DNA of 64,000 nt from an uncultured Alphaproteobacteria bacterium (GCA_902607435.1 CACLJX010000001.1:10899-74898), one strand, 5' to 3'. Counted from the stretch's first letter, positions 35,195 to 45,387 are shown. Numbers and translations: made by a program. Notes: generated from the letters alone by a model not told the origin.

Positions 35195-36037
35195 ATGCAT
35201 ATTCCTCCACTAGACAATAACAATCAACCTATTGTTGATGCGAATGACTCTAGAGTTCCACTAAATTACTTTAATATAGTAAAATTAAAAAAAGATCAGT
35301 CTTTCGAGTACATTGTTCCGGGTTATGAAACTTGTATTGTGCCAGCTACGGGTACTATTGATATTGAAGTAGAAGGTATAAATTATAATACTATTGGAAA
35401 TAGAATTGCCAATGTTTGGGATGGAGAACCGGAAGGCGTATATATACCAACTAAAACTAAAGCTAGTTTTGTATGTAAAACTGAGAAAGCAGAAATTTTT
35501 ATAGCCGGGGCTAAATACGATAAAATACTTCAACCTTTTGCAGTAAGATCAAAAGAAATTGATATGGTTCAATATGGCTCTGATGACACTAAAACACATA
35601 GAAAAATTAAACATATTCTTGGTGCCAATCACCATGACAAAGTTGGAAGACTGCTATGTAATGAACTTTATACGGTGGGACAAGGAGGTTGGTCCGGATT
35701 TCCACCTCACAAACATGATACTGACCGCCTTCCTGACGAAACACGTCATGATGAAACATATAATTATCGATTTAAACCTAATCATGGATTTGGATTTCAA
35801 CTTTTTCAAAAAGAAGATGGCAAATTAGGAGAAGCACACCACATTACTGATGGATCAACAGTTGTGATTGATAAAGGATATCATCCATGTGTGGTTGCTC
35901 CTGGATATGAAATGTATTATTTCACAATTCTAGGTGGATTAAGTCAAAGATCTCTTGTTCAATACTTTCAACCTGATCACGCATATCAAATTGAAACTAT
36001 ACCCGGTATTAAAGATATGATTGCTAAATATAAATGA
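35195..36037 (+). CDS. iolB: 5-deoxy-glucuronate isomerase
   Basis: GGWSGFPPHKHDTDRLPDETRHDETYNYRF matches the IolB cupin core (SSYPPHKHD...EETYY). Confidence 0.85.
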   Translation: MHIPPLDNNNQPIVDANDSRVPLNYFNIVKLKKDQSFEYIVPGYETCIVPATGTIDIEVEGINYNTIGNRIANVWDGEPEGVYIPTKTKASFVCKTEKAEIFIAGAKYDKILQPFAVRSKEIDMVQYGSDDTKTHRKIKHILGANHHDKVGRLLCNELYTVGQGGWSGFPPHKHDTDRLPDETRHDETYNYRFKPNHGFGFQLFQKEDGKLGEAHHITDGSTVVIDKGYHPCVVAPGYEMYYFTILGGLSQRSLVQYFQPDHAYQIETIPGIKDMIAKYK

Positions 36038-36867
36038 CAGTTAAAACTTTAAAAGAAGTTTTAAACAAAGCTAATAAAAAAAAATATGCCGTTGCAGGAC
36101 TGGTTGTTTTAGGATGGGAAGATGCTTTAGCTTATACCCAAGCTGCAGATGAAACTGGTATTCCGATAATTCTTCAAGCAGGACCTGGCTGCAGAAAATA
36201 TACACCCGTTTCTATTTTGGGTAAAATGTTTCGTTATTTAGCAGATCAAACAAAAACACCTGTTGTATGTCATATTGATCATGGATATTCAGTACGAGAA
36301 TGTTTAGAGGGAATTGACAACGGATTTACATCAGTTATGTTTGACGGCTCAAAATTACCAATAAAACAAAATATAAAAATAACTTCATCAATAGTTAAAA
36401 TAGCCCATAAATCTAATGTTTCCGTTGAAGGAGAAGTTGGTTTCGTTGGTTATAATGAAGGTAAGATGTCAATAGGGAGCAAAATAGAGGAGGTAGAATT
36501 ATTTGCAAAAGAAAGTGGTGCAGATGCAATTGCAATTTCTGTTGGTAATAAGCATTTGCAAACAACAAAAATTGCAAAAATAGATTTTGATAAAATTAGT
36601 GCTATTGAAAAAATCACTCACTCCCCTCTTGTACTTCATGGGGGAAGTGGTATTCCAAGTATTATTAGAAAAAAACTAGCAAGAAATTATAATGTTGCTA
36701 AATTTAATATTGGAACTGAACTTAGGATGCTTTTTGGTAATACAGTTAGAAAAAATATTTTAAGAAATAAAAAAAGTTATGATAGAATAGAATTGTTGAA
36801 ACCAACTATTAAAGAAATGACAAAACTTACAAAAAAAATTATTTTTAATATTGGTCCTGCAATATAA
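36034..36867 (+). CDS. iolJ: class II fructose-bisphosphate-aldolase-family enzyme (IolJ-like 6-phospho-5-dehydro-2-deoxygluconate aldolase)
   Basis: HIDHG, SVMFDGS, LVLHGGSG class II aldolase motifs. ATGA overlap with iolB. Confidence 0.75.
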   Translation: MTVKTLKEVLNKANKKKYAVAGLVVLGWEDALAYTQAADETGIPIILQAGPGCRKYTPVSILGKMFRYLADQTKTPVVCHIDHGYSVRECLEGIDNGFTSVMFDGSKLPIKQNIKITSSIVKIAHKSNVSVEGEVGFVGYNEGKMSIGSKIEEVELFAKESGADAIAISVGNKHLQTTKIAKIDFDKISAIEKITHSPLVLHGGSGIPSIIRKKLARNYNVAKFNIGTELRMLFGNTVRKNILRNKKSYDRIELLKPTIKEMTKLTKKIIFNIGPAI

Positions 36868-36872
36868 TTTAC

Positions 36873-37661
36873 ATGTTAAATAATTCTATTATTGATATTT
36901 GGAAAAATGGCAAAGCCGTTATTAACGGTTGGTTATCTATTCCTAATAGTTTTACTGCAGAAAGCATGGCAAAAATGGGATGGGATTCTTTAACTATAGA
37001 TCTACAACATGGTATGAATGATTATTCAACTTCAATTTCCATGCTTCAAGCAATTGCTAATTCTTCTACTATTCCATTTGCTAGAGTTCCTTGGAATGAA
37101 CCAGGGATAATTATGAAAATGCTTGATGCTGGAACTTGCGGAATCATAGCCCCAATGATTAATACCAAAGAAGAATGTGAAAAATTTGTTTCTTATTGTC
37201 GTTACCCACCTTTAGGTCAGAGAAGTTTTGGTCCTATGAGAGCACAATTATCTTTTGGTTTGGATTATCACCAAGATGCTAACACTCAAATTATTACACT
37301 AGCAATGATTGAAACTCAAGAAGCCGTAAAAAATATTGATGAAATATTATCTGTAGAAAATTTGAATGGTATTTATGTAGGTCCAGCCGATATGAGTTTA
37401 ACCTATGGTTTAAAGCCACAATTTGATGTTAAGGAGGATCCTGTTTTTTCAAATATTAAGCTAATTGTCAAAAAAGCAAAAGAGCATGGCAAAATAGCTG
37501 GTATACATAATGGAACTACTGAATACGCTAAAGAAATGATATCTCTAGGCTATCAGTTTGTTACAATTTCATCAGATTATAGGGCGATGTCGACATATGC
37601 GCAAAGTATAATCAAAGAAATGAAAGAAATAAAAGAAATAAAAGAAAGCTCCTCTTACTAG
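36873..37661 (+). CDS. HpcH/HpaI-family (class II pyruvate) aldolase
   Basis: 262 aa. WLSIPNSFTAE, DLQHG, RVPWNEPG, GPADMS are typical of 2-keto-3-deoxy-acid aldolases. Confidence 0.8.
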   Translation: MLNNSIIDIWKNGKAVINGWLSIPNSFTAESMAKMGWDSLTIDLQHGMNDYSTSISMLQAIANSSTIPFARVPWNEPGIIMKMLDAGTCGIIAPMINTKEECEKFVSYCRYPPLGQRSFGPMRAQLSFGLDYHQDANTQIITLAMIETQEAVKNIDEILSVENLNGIYVGPADMSLTYGLKPQFDVKEDPVFSNIKLIVKKAKEHGKIAGIHNGTTEYAKEMISLGYQFVTISSDYRAMSTYAQSIIKEMKEIKEIKESSSY

Positions 37662-37664
37662 ATA

Positions 37665-38558
37665 TTAAATATTATAGCCTACTTCAGTTAGTATTTTGCT
37701 AAGATAATTATATCCAATTTTGGCATATTCAAGCGGATTAGCCTTTTTTGGATCTTGCTCGGCTTCTACTACTAGCCATTTTATATATTTATTATTATAT
37801 AAAGTTTCAAGCAGTGGCTTATAGTTGATGCATCCATCACCTGGTACGGTAAAAATTCCCTCTAAAAAAGAATCTCTAAAACTTAGATCATTTGCAAGTG
37901 ATCTATTTAAAACTTCCTGTCTGATATCTTTGCAATGTACATGATTAATTCGACCTACATATTTTTTTAATATTGATTCATAATCCCCTTGTGCAAAAAG
38001 AATATGACCTGTATCAAAAAGTAGTGAGGTTTTATCATTTGTATTATCAAGTAATCGATCAACATCTTGTTCTGTTTGAATTATAGTTCCCATATGTGAA
38101 TGATATGACATCGGTAATCCAACATCAGATAGTCTTTTCGAAATTTCTGTAATTTTGTTACAATAATTGTTCCACTCACTATCTATTAATTTAGGTCTTG
38201 CACTAAGCGCAACACCAGCTTCTCCTTGAATAGAGCCTGAAACATCAGCAAATATAAAAACAGAGGATTTAACAAATTTGAGTAGTTCAATTTGGGTTTG
38301 CATAGCTTGCCATTCTTCTTCAATACTCTTTTCTTTTAATTTTGATCCATACCAGCCACCAGGCAAATAAAGATTAAATTTATTAATGAGGTATTTTACT
38401 GTACCTGGGTTTCTTGGAAATTTACCCCCCAATTCAATTCCACTATATCCAACAGATTGAGCTTCAAAAAGACAAGTCTCAATAGGAGTATCACCACCAA
38501 GTTCTGGCATGTCATCATTACTCCAAGCAATTGGTGCTATTCCAAGGTTTATATTCAC
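37665..38558 (-). CDS. iolE: inosose (2-keto-myo-inositol) dehydratase
   Basis: The N-terminus LGIAPIAWSNDDMPELGG is characteristic of IolE. TIM barrel of 297 aa. Confidence 0.88.
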   Translation of the reverse strand: MNINLGIAPIAWSNDDMPELGGDTPIETCLFEAQSVGYSGIELGGKFPRNPGTVKYLINKFNLYLPGGWYGSKLKEKSIEEEWQAMQTQIELLKFVKSSVFIFADVSGSIQGEAGVALSARPKLIDSEWNNYCNKITEISKRLSDVGLPMSYHSHMGTIIQTEQDVDRLLDNTNDKTSLLFDTGHILFAQGDYESILKKYVGRINHVHCKDIRQEVLNRSLANDLSFRDSFLEGIFTVPGDGCINYKPLLETLYNNKYIKWLVVEAEQDPKKANPLEYAKIGYNYLSKILTEVGYNI

Positions 38559-38699
38559 ACTATTATTAAGTTATTTATTAAACATCAATATATAATAAAA
38601 AATAGTATTATGTAAAAAAATTTGATTCATGAATAATTTACATTTATTAAAAATTAGAGTTATAAGATTATTATAAATTTTATCTTTATAACTTAATAC

Positions 38700-39629
38700 G
38701 TGAAAATATATAATATTAAACTAGGTACTTCTTTAAATATTTCTAATATTAATTTAGCAATTGGCAATTTTGATGGCATTCATTTAGGACATCAAAAAAT
38801 TATTAAAGAACTAATTAATAATTCAAAAAAAAATCAACTCCAATCAGCTATTTTAAGTTTTAATCCTCATCCAAGACAATTTTTCTCTGATAATTATGAA
38901 AATTTCAATATTATGTCTGAAAGTTCAAAGATTTCTTTTCTTGAGAAATTGGGATTAGATTATTTTTTTTCTTTAACATTTGACCATTCTATTGCATCGC
39001 TTACACCTCATAAATTTATTAAAGACATATTAATAAGTCAACTCAAAATAAAAAATTTAATTGTAGGATTTAATTTTAAATTTGGAAAAAATAGACTAGG
39101 TGACGTTAATTTGCTTCAAGATCAATCTGGTAATAACTTTAATATTAAAGTTATTCATCCCGTAAAGTCTAATACAACATCAGAGGTGTTTTCATCTTCT
39201 TTAATCCGTAAAAATATTCAAGCTGGTAATTTTGAAAAAGTCAACAATTGGCTTGGAAGAAACTGGTCGATGGGCGGGACTGTTGTTGTCGGAGATAAAA
39301 GAGCAGGAAAAATTAATTTTCCAACAGCAAATTTAATTCCGTCTAATCTGATACACCCAAAAAAAGGTGTTTATGCGGTTAAAGTAAAAATCGAGAACAA
39401 TTTATTTAACGGAGTCGCAAATTTTGGCAATAGACCAACAGTTGATGGTACAAAACTACTACTAGAAGTTCATTTATTTGATTTTGACGAAAATATATAT
39501 GGTAAAGATTTGACTGTTGAATTTCTAACATTTATTAGAGATGAAAAAAAATTTGAAAATTTTGATTTTTTAACAAAACAAATTCATAAAGATATTCAAA
39601 TAGCTAAAAATTATCATTCAAAAAAATAA
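38700..39629 (+). CDS. ribF: bifunctional riboflavin kinase / FMN adenylyltransferase
   Basis: GNFDGIHLGHQ, PTANL, LEVHLFDF. GTG start. Confidence 0.9.
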   Translation: MKIYNIKLGTSLNISNINLAIGNFDGIHLGHQKIIKELINNSKKNQLQSAILSFNPHPRQFFSDNYENFNIMSESSKISFLEKLGLDYFFSLTFDHSIASLTPHKFIKDILISQLKIKNLIVGFNFKFGKNRLGDVNLLQDQSGNNFNIKVIHPVKSNTTSEVFSSSLIRKNIQAGNFEKVNNWLGRNWSMGGTVVVGDKRAGKINFPTANLIPSNLIHPKKGVYAVKVKIENNLFNGVANFGNRPTVDGTKLLLEVHLFDFDENIYGKDLTVEFLTFIRDEKKFENFDFLTKQIHKDIQIAKNYHSKK

Positions 39630-39630
39630 T

Positions 39631-42426
39631 ATGGAATATAAAGATACAATTTTTTTACCCAAAACATCTTTTGAAATGCGTGCTAATCTTCCTTCTAAGG
39701 AGCCGAAAATTTTAGATATTTGGAATAAGAAAAATATTTATTCTCTCTTGAGAAAAAAATCTAAAGGTAGAGAAAAATTTGTTCTTCATGATGGCCCGCC
39801 ATACGCTAATGGACATATTCATATGGGAACAGCACTCAATAAAATTTTAAAAGACGTTGTTGTTAGAACACAGCAAATGTCAGGTAAAGATTCTCTGTAT
39901 GTCCCTGGTTGGGATTGTCATGGTTTGCCTATTGAGTGGAAAATTGAAGAAGAATATAGAAAAAAAGGACGCAATAAAGATGACGTTCCAATTGTACAAT
40001 TTAGAAAAGAATGTAGAGAATTCGCAGAAAAATGGATTAACATACAAAAAAAAGAATTTAGACGATTAGGGGTAGAAGGAGATTGGGATAATCCTTATTT
40101 GACAATGTCAAATGAAGCAGAAGCTCAAATTGTTAGAGAATTAGGCAAGTTTTTACTTGATGAAAGTCTATACAAAGGAGCTAGACCAGTATTATGGTCA
40201 GTAGTTGAAAAAACTGCTCTTGCTGATGCTGAGGTAGAGTACGAGGATCATACCTCCAATACAATTTATGTAAAATTTAAGGTTACAAAAAGTATAGTCA
40301 AAGAACTTATTGGAAATGATATTCTAATATGGACTACTACACCTTGGACAATACCTGGCAGCAGAGCTTTAGCGTATGGTTCAGATATTGAGTATACCTT
40401 GGTTCAAATATTAGAAGTTGATGAAACAAGTATTGCGAAAGTAGGAGACAAGATATTAGTTGCAAAAGAATTGTATGACAACGTATCTAAAGAGATAGGT
40501 ATTATCAAAACTGAAGTTATAAAATTTTTTTTTGGTAAAGAACTCAAAGATACTGAAACAAACCATCCCTTTAAAAATATCGGATATGACTTTTCTATAA
40601 AATTGCTAGAAGCTGATTTTGTTACTCTTGATCAAGGATCAGGAATAGTGCATGTAGCCCCTGGACATGGCGCTGATGATTATAATTTAGGAGTTAAAAA
40701 TAATATAGATATTGTTCAAACTGTTACCGATGATGGTAGATATAATGAAAATGCAAAAGGTTTTGTAGGTGAACATGTTTACAAGGTTGATTTAAAAATT
40801 GCTGAAAAACTTAAGGAATTGGGCAGACTTGTTTACTTGGGAAAATTACGTCATAGTTACCCACATTCGTGGAGATCTAAAGCCCCTCTTATTTTTAGAA
40901 ATACGCCGCAGTGGTTTATTTCAATGGACAAACAAAATCTACGCAAAAAAGCATTGAAATCGATCGATGAAACTAAATTTTACCCACCTCAAGGACAAGC
41001 TAGACTAAGGTCTATGATTGAAACTAGACCCGATTGGTGTGTTTCGAGACAAAGAGTATGGGGCGTTCCACTTCCTCTATTTATTAATAAAAGAAATGGT
41101 GAACCAATAAGAGATATCAATGTTATTAATCGAATTGCTGACATTTATGAAAAAGAAGGGAGCGATTCATGGTTTACTAGCAATCCAAAGCTTTTTCTTG
41201 GTGAAGAATATGATGCTGGTGATTATGATCAAGTCAAAGATATTGTTGAAGTATGGTTTGATAGTGGGTCTACTCATGCTTTTTGTTTAGAAAAAAGAGA
41301 TGATTTAAAATGGCCAGCTTCGATGTACCTTGAAGGTAGTGATCAACACAGAGGATGGTTCCATTCATCTCTATTAGAATCTGCAGGCACCAGAGGGAGA
41401 GCACCATACGAAAGTGTTTTAACTCACGGATTTGTAGTTGATGGTAAAGGAAGAAAAATGTCAAAATCTCTTGGAAATGTTATTTCACTTGATGATATTT
41501 TAAATAAATATGGTGTTGATATTTTACGTCTTTGGGTTGTTGCATCTGATTATTATGATGATCTAAAAATCGATAATTCTATTTTACAAGCACAAACAGA
41601 CTCATACAGAAGGATAAGAAATACATTTAGGTATTTAATAGGCAATTTGAATGACTTTCAGGAAAATGAAAAAATAGACATCAATGAATTTCCTGAATTA
41701 GAACAATTTATTTTACACAGATTATGGGAAATAGATCAAATTATAAAAGATTGTATTTCTCAACATAACTTTCATTCAATGTTCACAACTTTGCTTAATT
41801 TTTGTTCTAATGAACTATCTGCATTTTACTTTGATATTCGCAAAGACACAATTTATTGTGACAGTTTTTCTTCTAAAAAAAGAAGAGCTACAAGAACGAT
41901 TTTAGATATTCTTTTTAATTGCCTTGTACGTTGGCTAGCGCCTTTTTTAATTTTTACATGTGAAGAGGCTTGGCAATCCAGAGGAAATAGCACAAGTATT
42001 CATCTAGAAGATTTTTTAATTGTTGATACAAAATTTAAAAATGATGTTATTGCTAAAAAATGGGAAAAAATTAAAAATATTCGAAAAGTAATTACTGGTG
42101 CACTAGAAAAAAAACGATCAGATAAAACAATTGGATCAAGTTTAGAAGCACATGTTGACGTTTATTTATCTTCTGATTATGATTCTATTCGTAAAAATAT
42201 AAATATTGCAGAAATCGCAATAACTTCTTCTGCAACCTTTATTTCTACATTAGTCCCAAATGAAAAAAATAATTTATCTTCAGGTTTTAATATTGATGAA
42301 ATACCAGGTGTTTCAGTGATTGTAAAAAAAGCAACTGGCTTAAAATGCAATAGATGCTGGAAAATATCAAAAGAAGTTAAAAATACTCATGAAATTTGCC
42401 ATAGATGTAAAGTAGCAATTATTTAA
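39631..42426 (+). CDS. ileS: isoleucine-tRNA ligase
   Basis: 931 aa. HMGT (HIGH-type) and KMSKS motifs. C-terminal CNRC...CHRC zinc finger. Confidence 0.95.
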   Translation: MEYKDTIFLPKTSFEMRANLPSKEPKILDIWNKKNIYSLLRKKSKGREKFVLHDGPPYANGHIHMGTALNKILKDVVVRTQQMSGKDSLYVPGWDCHGLPIEWKIEEEYRKKGRNKDDVPIVQFRKECREFAEKWINIQKKEFRRLGVEGDWDNPYLTMSNEAEAQIVRELGKFLLDESLYKGARPVLWSVVEKTALADAEVEYEDHTSNTIYVKFKVTKSIVKELIGNDILIWTTTPWTIPGSRALAYGSDIEYTLVQILEVDETSIAKVGDKILVAKELYDNVSKEIGIIKTEVIKFFFGKELKDTETNHPFKNIGYDFSIKLLEADFVTLDQGSGIVHVAPGHGADDYNLGVKNNIDIVQTVTDDGRYNENAKGFVGEHVYKVDLKIAEKLKELGRLVYLGKLRHSYPHSWRSKAPLIFRNTPQWFISMDKQNLRKKALKSIDETKFYPPQGQARLRSMIETRPDWCVSRQRVWGVPLPLFINKRNGEPIRDINVINRIADIYEKEGSDSWFTSNPKLFLGEEYDAGDYDQVKDIVEVWFDSGSTHAFCLEKRDDLKWPASMYLEGSDQHRGWFHSSLLESAGTRGRAPYESVLTHGFVVDGKGRKMSKSLGNVISLDDILNKYGVDILRLWVVASDYYDDLKIDNSILQAQTDSYRRIRNTFRYLIGNLNDFQENEKIDINEFPELEQFILHRLWEIDQIIKDCISQHNFHSMFTTLLNFCSNELSAFYFDIRKDTIYCDSFSSKKRRATRTILDILFNCLVRWLAPFLIFTCEEAWQSRGNSTSIHLEDFLIVDTKFKNDVIAKKWEKIKNIRKVITGALEKKRSDKTIGSSLEAHVDVYLSSDYDSIRKNINIAEIAITSSATFISTLVPNEKNNLSSGFNIDEIPGVSVIVKKATGLKCNRCWKISKEVKNTHEICHRCKVAII

Positions 42427-42455
42427 ATGAGATATAGTAAATTATATTGTTATTA

Positions 42456-42911
42456 ATGAAGTTTATTTTTTTTTTCATATTAATATTGTTAGATTACTAC
42501 TCTAAAAAACTAATTTTTAATTTAATTGAATTAAACAATATTATAACTTTACTGCCATTTATTGATATTATTCATATTCATAACTACGGTATCTCTTTTG
42601 GGTTATTTGCTGAGGTTTTGCCAGTATGGATTATAGTTTTATTTGGAGCAATGATTACAGTGTTCATAATATTTCTATTTTTTAGCACATCAAACCAAAT
42701 TGAAAAGTGGGGTTATTTGTTGATTTTAATTGGAGCTATTTCAAATCTTGGAGATAGAATTATTAATGATTATGTATTAGATTTTATATATATACATTAT
42801 AAAGACTTTTATTGGCCTGCTTTTAATTTTGCTGATGTTTATATTACTATTGGAGTTTTGATAATTATTTATGAAAATTATAGAATATTTAAATCAAGTA
42901 TAAAAAAATAA
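42456..42911 (+). CDS. lspA: lipoprotein signal peptidase II
   Basis: NYGISFG and FNFADV motifs. Conserved position after ileS. First ATG at 42456 (the track start at 42447 is a TTG). Confidence 0.85.
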   Translation: MKFIFFFILILLDYYSKKLIFNLIELNNIITLLPFIDIIHIHNYGISFGLFAEVLPVWIIVLFGAMITVFIIFLFFSTSNQIEKWGYLLILIGAISNLGDRIINDYVLDFIYIHYKDFYWPAFNFADVYITIGVLIIIYENYRIFKSSIKK

Positions 42912-42912
42912 T

Positions 42913-43461
42913 ATGACTAAATTTAAAATCATTAACCTATTAGTAATTTCTTTTTTTTTAATTTTTATTTCTGGTTGTTCAAAGGTTAGAGAAAGCGCTG
43001 GTGTTACAAGAAAATCGATTGATGAATTTCAAGTAGTTGAAAATCCGCCTTTAGTAATTCCTCCAGATTTTAGTTTAGTAGCACCTGATCAATTACAGCA
43101 AAAGAACATCACAAATTTTGAAAACGAATTAGCTCAAGAAATATTATTTGGATTAAATAATGAAAATAAAATTGATGAAAAACAAATATCAACAATGAAT
43201 CAAATTCTTTTAAATGCAAGTGCTTCTAATACATCGGATATTATTCGTGATGAAATCGATCAAGAGTTCGACCAAAAAAAATCAACAAAAACTATTTTTA
43301 ATACTAATTGGGAAAATGAAATAGATATTTTAGATGCTGTAGCAGAGTCTAAAAGAATTAGAGATAATACTTTTAATAATGAGTCATTTACAGAAGGTGA
43401 AGTGACTATAAAAAAAGAAAAAATAAAAATTAAAAAAAAGAAAAAATTTATTTTTTTCTAA
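42913..43461 (+). CDS. lipoprotein (DUF3035-like)
   Basis: Lipobox FISGC. PPLVIPPDFSLVAPD resembles the DUF3035 core. Lies after lspA, as in many alphaproteobacteria (from memory). Confidence 0.6.
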   Translation: MTKFKIINLLVISFFLIFISGCSKVRESAGVTRKSIDEFQVVENPPLVIPPDFSLVAPDQLQQKNITNFENELAQEILFGLNNENKIDEKQISTMNQILLNASASNTSDIIRDEIDQEFDQKKSTKTIFNTNWENEIDILDAVAESKRIRDNTFNNESFTEGEVTIKKEKIKIKKKKKFIFF

Positions 43462-43467
43462 TTTAAT

Positions 43468-44712
43468 ATGATTAATTTTGAAGTTCGTTATCATAATGTA
43501 GATATACAAAAAATTAATGAAGAATTAAACAAAGTTGAAAACACAACAACTAAGTTCTCTCAAATATTTGCTAACTTACCCTGTCTTAATATTATAAATG
43601 AACTTAATGATATTAATGAAATAAACATAATATCAAAACAATTATCTAAAAATAAAAATCAATTTATTGTATTGGGCACAGGAGGATCTAATTTAGGAGC
43701 TAAGGCATTAGTTAATATTTTACACGGATCTGAATCCAACAAAATAAAATTCTATGACAATATTGATCCAATAAAATTTCAGAATTCAATTCAACAATTT
43801 GATATTGAAAAACTTGGAATAATTATAATTTCTAAATCCGGTAATACTCCAGAAACACTTTGCCAATTTTCTGCTTTAATAGAAATTTTACAAAATAAAA
43901 AAAATGGGAAATATTTGTTAGAAGAGTGCTGTGTTATAACTGAAAATAAAGAAAGTCCTTTGAAACAAATAGCAAATAATTATAATTGTAGAATTTTGTA
44001 TCATCATCCTGATATTGGAGGAAGATATTCAGTATTTTCTAATGTTGGTTTATTGGTAGCTTCAATTGCTGGCTTAGATATTACTAAAATACGTGACGGA
44101 GCCAAGGATTTGATTTCACAAATTAAAGATGGCTTTTTTAAAGAACACTTAATTAGTGCTCATTTAATATTATCTTTGCAAAAATTAAGAAAGATCAATT
44201 TAAATGTTTTAATGACATACTCTGATGCTTTATTTTTTTTTGGTAAATGGTATTTGCAATTGTGGGCCGAAAGTGTTGGGAAGAATTCAAAAGGTATTAC
44301 TCCAATTCATTCTATTGGAACAACAGATCAACACAGTCAATTACAGTTGTATTTAGATGGTCCTAGAGATAAATTTTTCACATTTATTACAAAAAATCAC
44401 TCAGATCTTGGACTTAAGATGAATAGCGAAATTTTAAAAAAATTCAAGGTTAGTTATTTAGCTGGAAAAAAAATGGGGGATTTAATGCAAGCTGAACAAC
44501 AATCAACTATAGATATTTTTATTAAAAATGGTCTCCCTATGCGAGAAATTTTTTGCAAAGATATTGATGAATTTTTAATTGGTCAATTAATGGCTCTTAG
44601 TATTATAGAAACTATTACATTTTGCACTCTGTTAGGCGTGAATCCATTTGATCAACCTGCTGTTGAGCAAGGAAAACAATTAACAAAAAAATATCTTTTT
44701 AATAATATATAA
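43468..44712 (+). CDS. pgi: glucose-6-phosphate isomerase (short type)
   Basis: LGTGGSNLGA, ISKSGNTPET, IGGRYSVFS, TTDQHSQLQLY. Confidence 0.88.
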   Translation: MINFEVRYHNVDIQKINEELNKVENTTTKFSQIFANLPCLNIINELNDINEINIISKQLSKNKNQFIVLGTGGSNLGAKALVNILHGSESNKIKFYDNIDPIKFQNSIQQFDIEKLGIIIISKSGNTPETLCQFSALIEILQNKKNGKYLLEECCVITENKESPLKQIANNYNCRILYHHPDIGGRYSVFSNVGLLVASIAGLDITKIRDGAKDLISQIKDGFFKEHLISAHLILSLQKLRKINLNVLMTYSDALFFFGKWYLQLWAESVGKNSKGITPIHSIGTTDQHSQLQLYLDGPRDKFFTFITKNHSDLGLKMNSEILKKFKVSYLAGKKMGDLMQAEQQSTIDIFIKNGLPMREIFCKDIDEFLIGQLMALSIIETITFCTLLGVNPFDQPAVEQGKQLTKKYLFNNI

Positions 44713-44814
44713 TCATTAAAAAGCTTATGATAATAGGTAGTGAACAATTGTTTAATTTTTGTCTTAATTAATTTTCCTGTAGTTTTTTTAGAAAATGTTA
44801 AGATTGTTTAATTA

Positions 44815-45387
44815 TTAATAAATATTATTAATTAAAAAGTACACTTTTGTTTTTCCATAATTTTTCTTATTAAAACAATAAAAAAAAGAAGGAATTTCAA
44901 TTTTTAACTTTTCTGAACATTCTAAAATTAATATTGCATCCTTAGATAATATTTTAGATTGATAGATATTGTTAAATAATTTTTCAAAAGGATTAATTGT
45001 GTAAGGAGGATCCATAAAAACTAATGATATTTTCTTGTTTATATTATTAAATTTACTTAATAAAATATTTTCTTTTTTAATTTCAAATTGATTATTTTTA
45101 CATATCTTTTGACAATTTTTTTTTAAATAATAAATAGCATCAATATTGTTTTCATAAAAATAACAAAAATTTGCTCCTCTGGAAATAGCTTCAAGTCCTA
45201 GTGCACCACTACCAGCAAATAGATCAAATATATTTTTTTTGTTGTAGATATCAATATTATTTTTTATTTCATAACTTTCTATTATTGAAAAAATGGACTC
45301 ACGTTTTTTAATTGAAGTTGGTCTAACATTATTTTGAGAAACCTCAATTTTGGTTCTTTTTTTTATGCCTCCAACAATATTTATCAT
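44815..45387 (-). CDS. rsmD: 16S rRNA (guanine966-N2)-methyltransferase
   Basis: DLFAGSGALGLEAISRGA and DPPY motifs. 190 aa. Confidence 0.85.
   Translation of the reverse strand: MINIVGGIKKRTKIEVSQNNVRPTSIKKRESIFSIIESYEIKNNIDIYNKKNIFDLFAGSGALGLEAISRGANFCYFYENNIDAIYYLKKNCQKICKNNQFEIKKENILLSKFNNINKKISLVFMDPPYTINPFEKLFNNIYQSKILSKDAILILECSEKLKIEIPSFFYCFNKKNYGKTKVYFLINNIY

Noticed and set aside
37615-37661. Short tandem repeat (aaagaaata-type units) encoding KEMKEIKEIKESSSY at the 3' end of the HpcH-aldolase gene. I considered a contingency or phase-variation locus.
   Set aside because: There are only about two to three imperfect units. They are in-frame and sit at the extreme C-terminus. Such A-rich low-complexity tails are common in AT-rich genomes, and nothing suggests a slippage-controlled switch.
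11773-38699. The carbohydrate/cyclitol island begins a few kb from tRNA-Leu(CAA) and ends at ribF. I considered a tRNA-targeted integrative genomic island or mobile element.
   Set aside because: No integrase, transposase or conjugation genes are present. I could not find a direct repeat of the tRNA 3' end (for example GGTTCGATTCCCTCTACTCC) at the far boundary (38559..38699) or elsewhere by eye. Housekeeping-like genes (the EF-G paralogue, sufE) lie between the tRNA and the sugar genes. Composition differences look explainable by protein type and expression level. Comparative genomics would be needed to call it an island.
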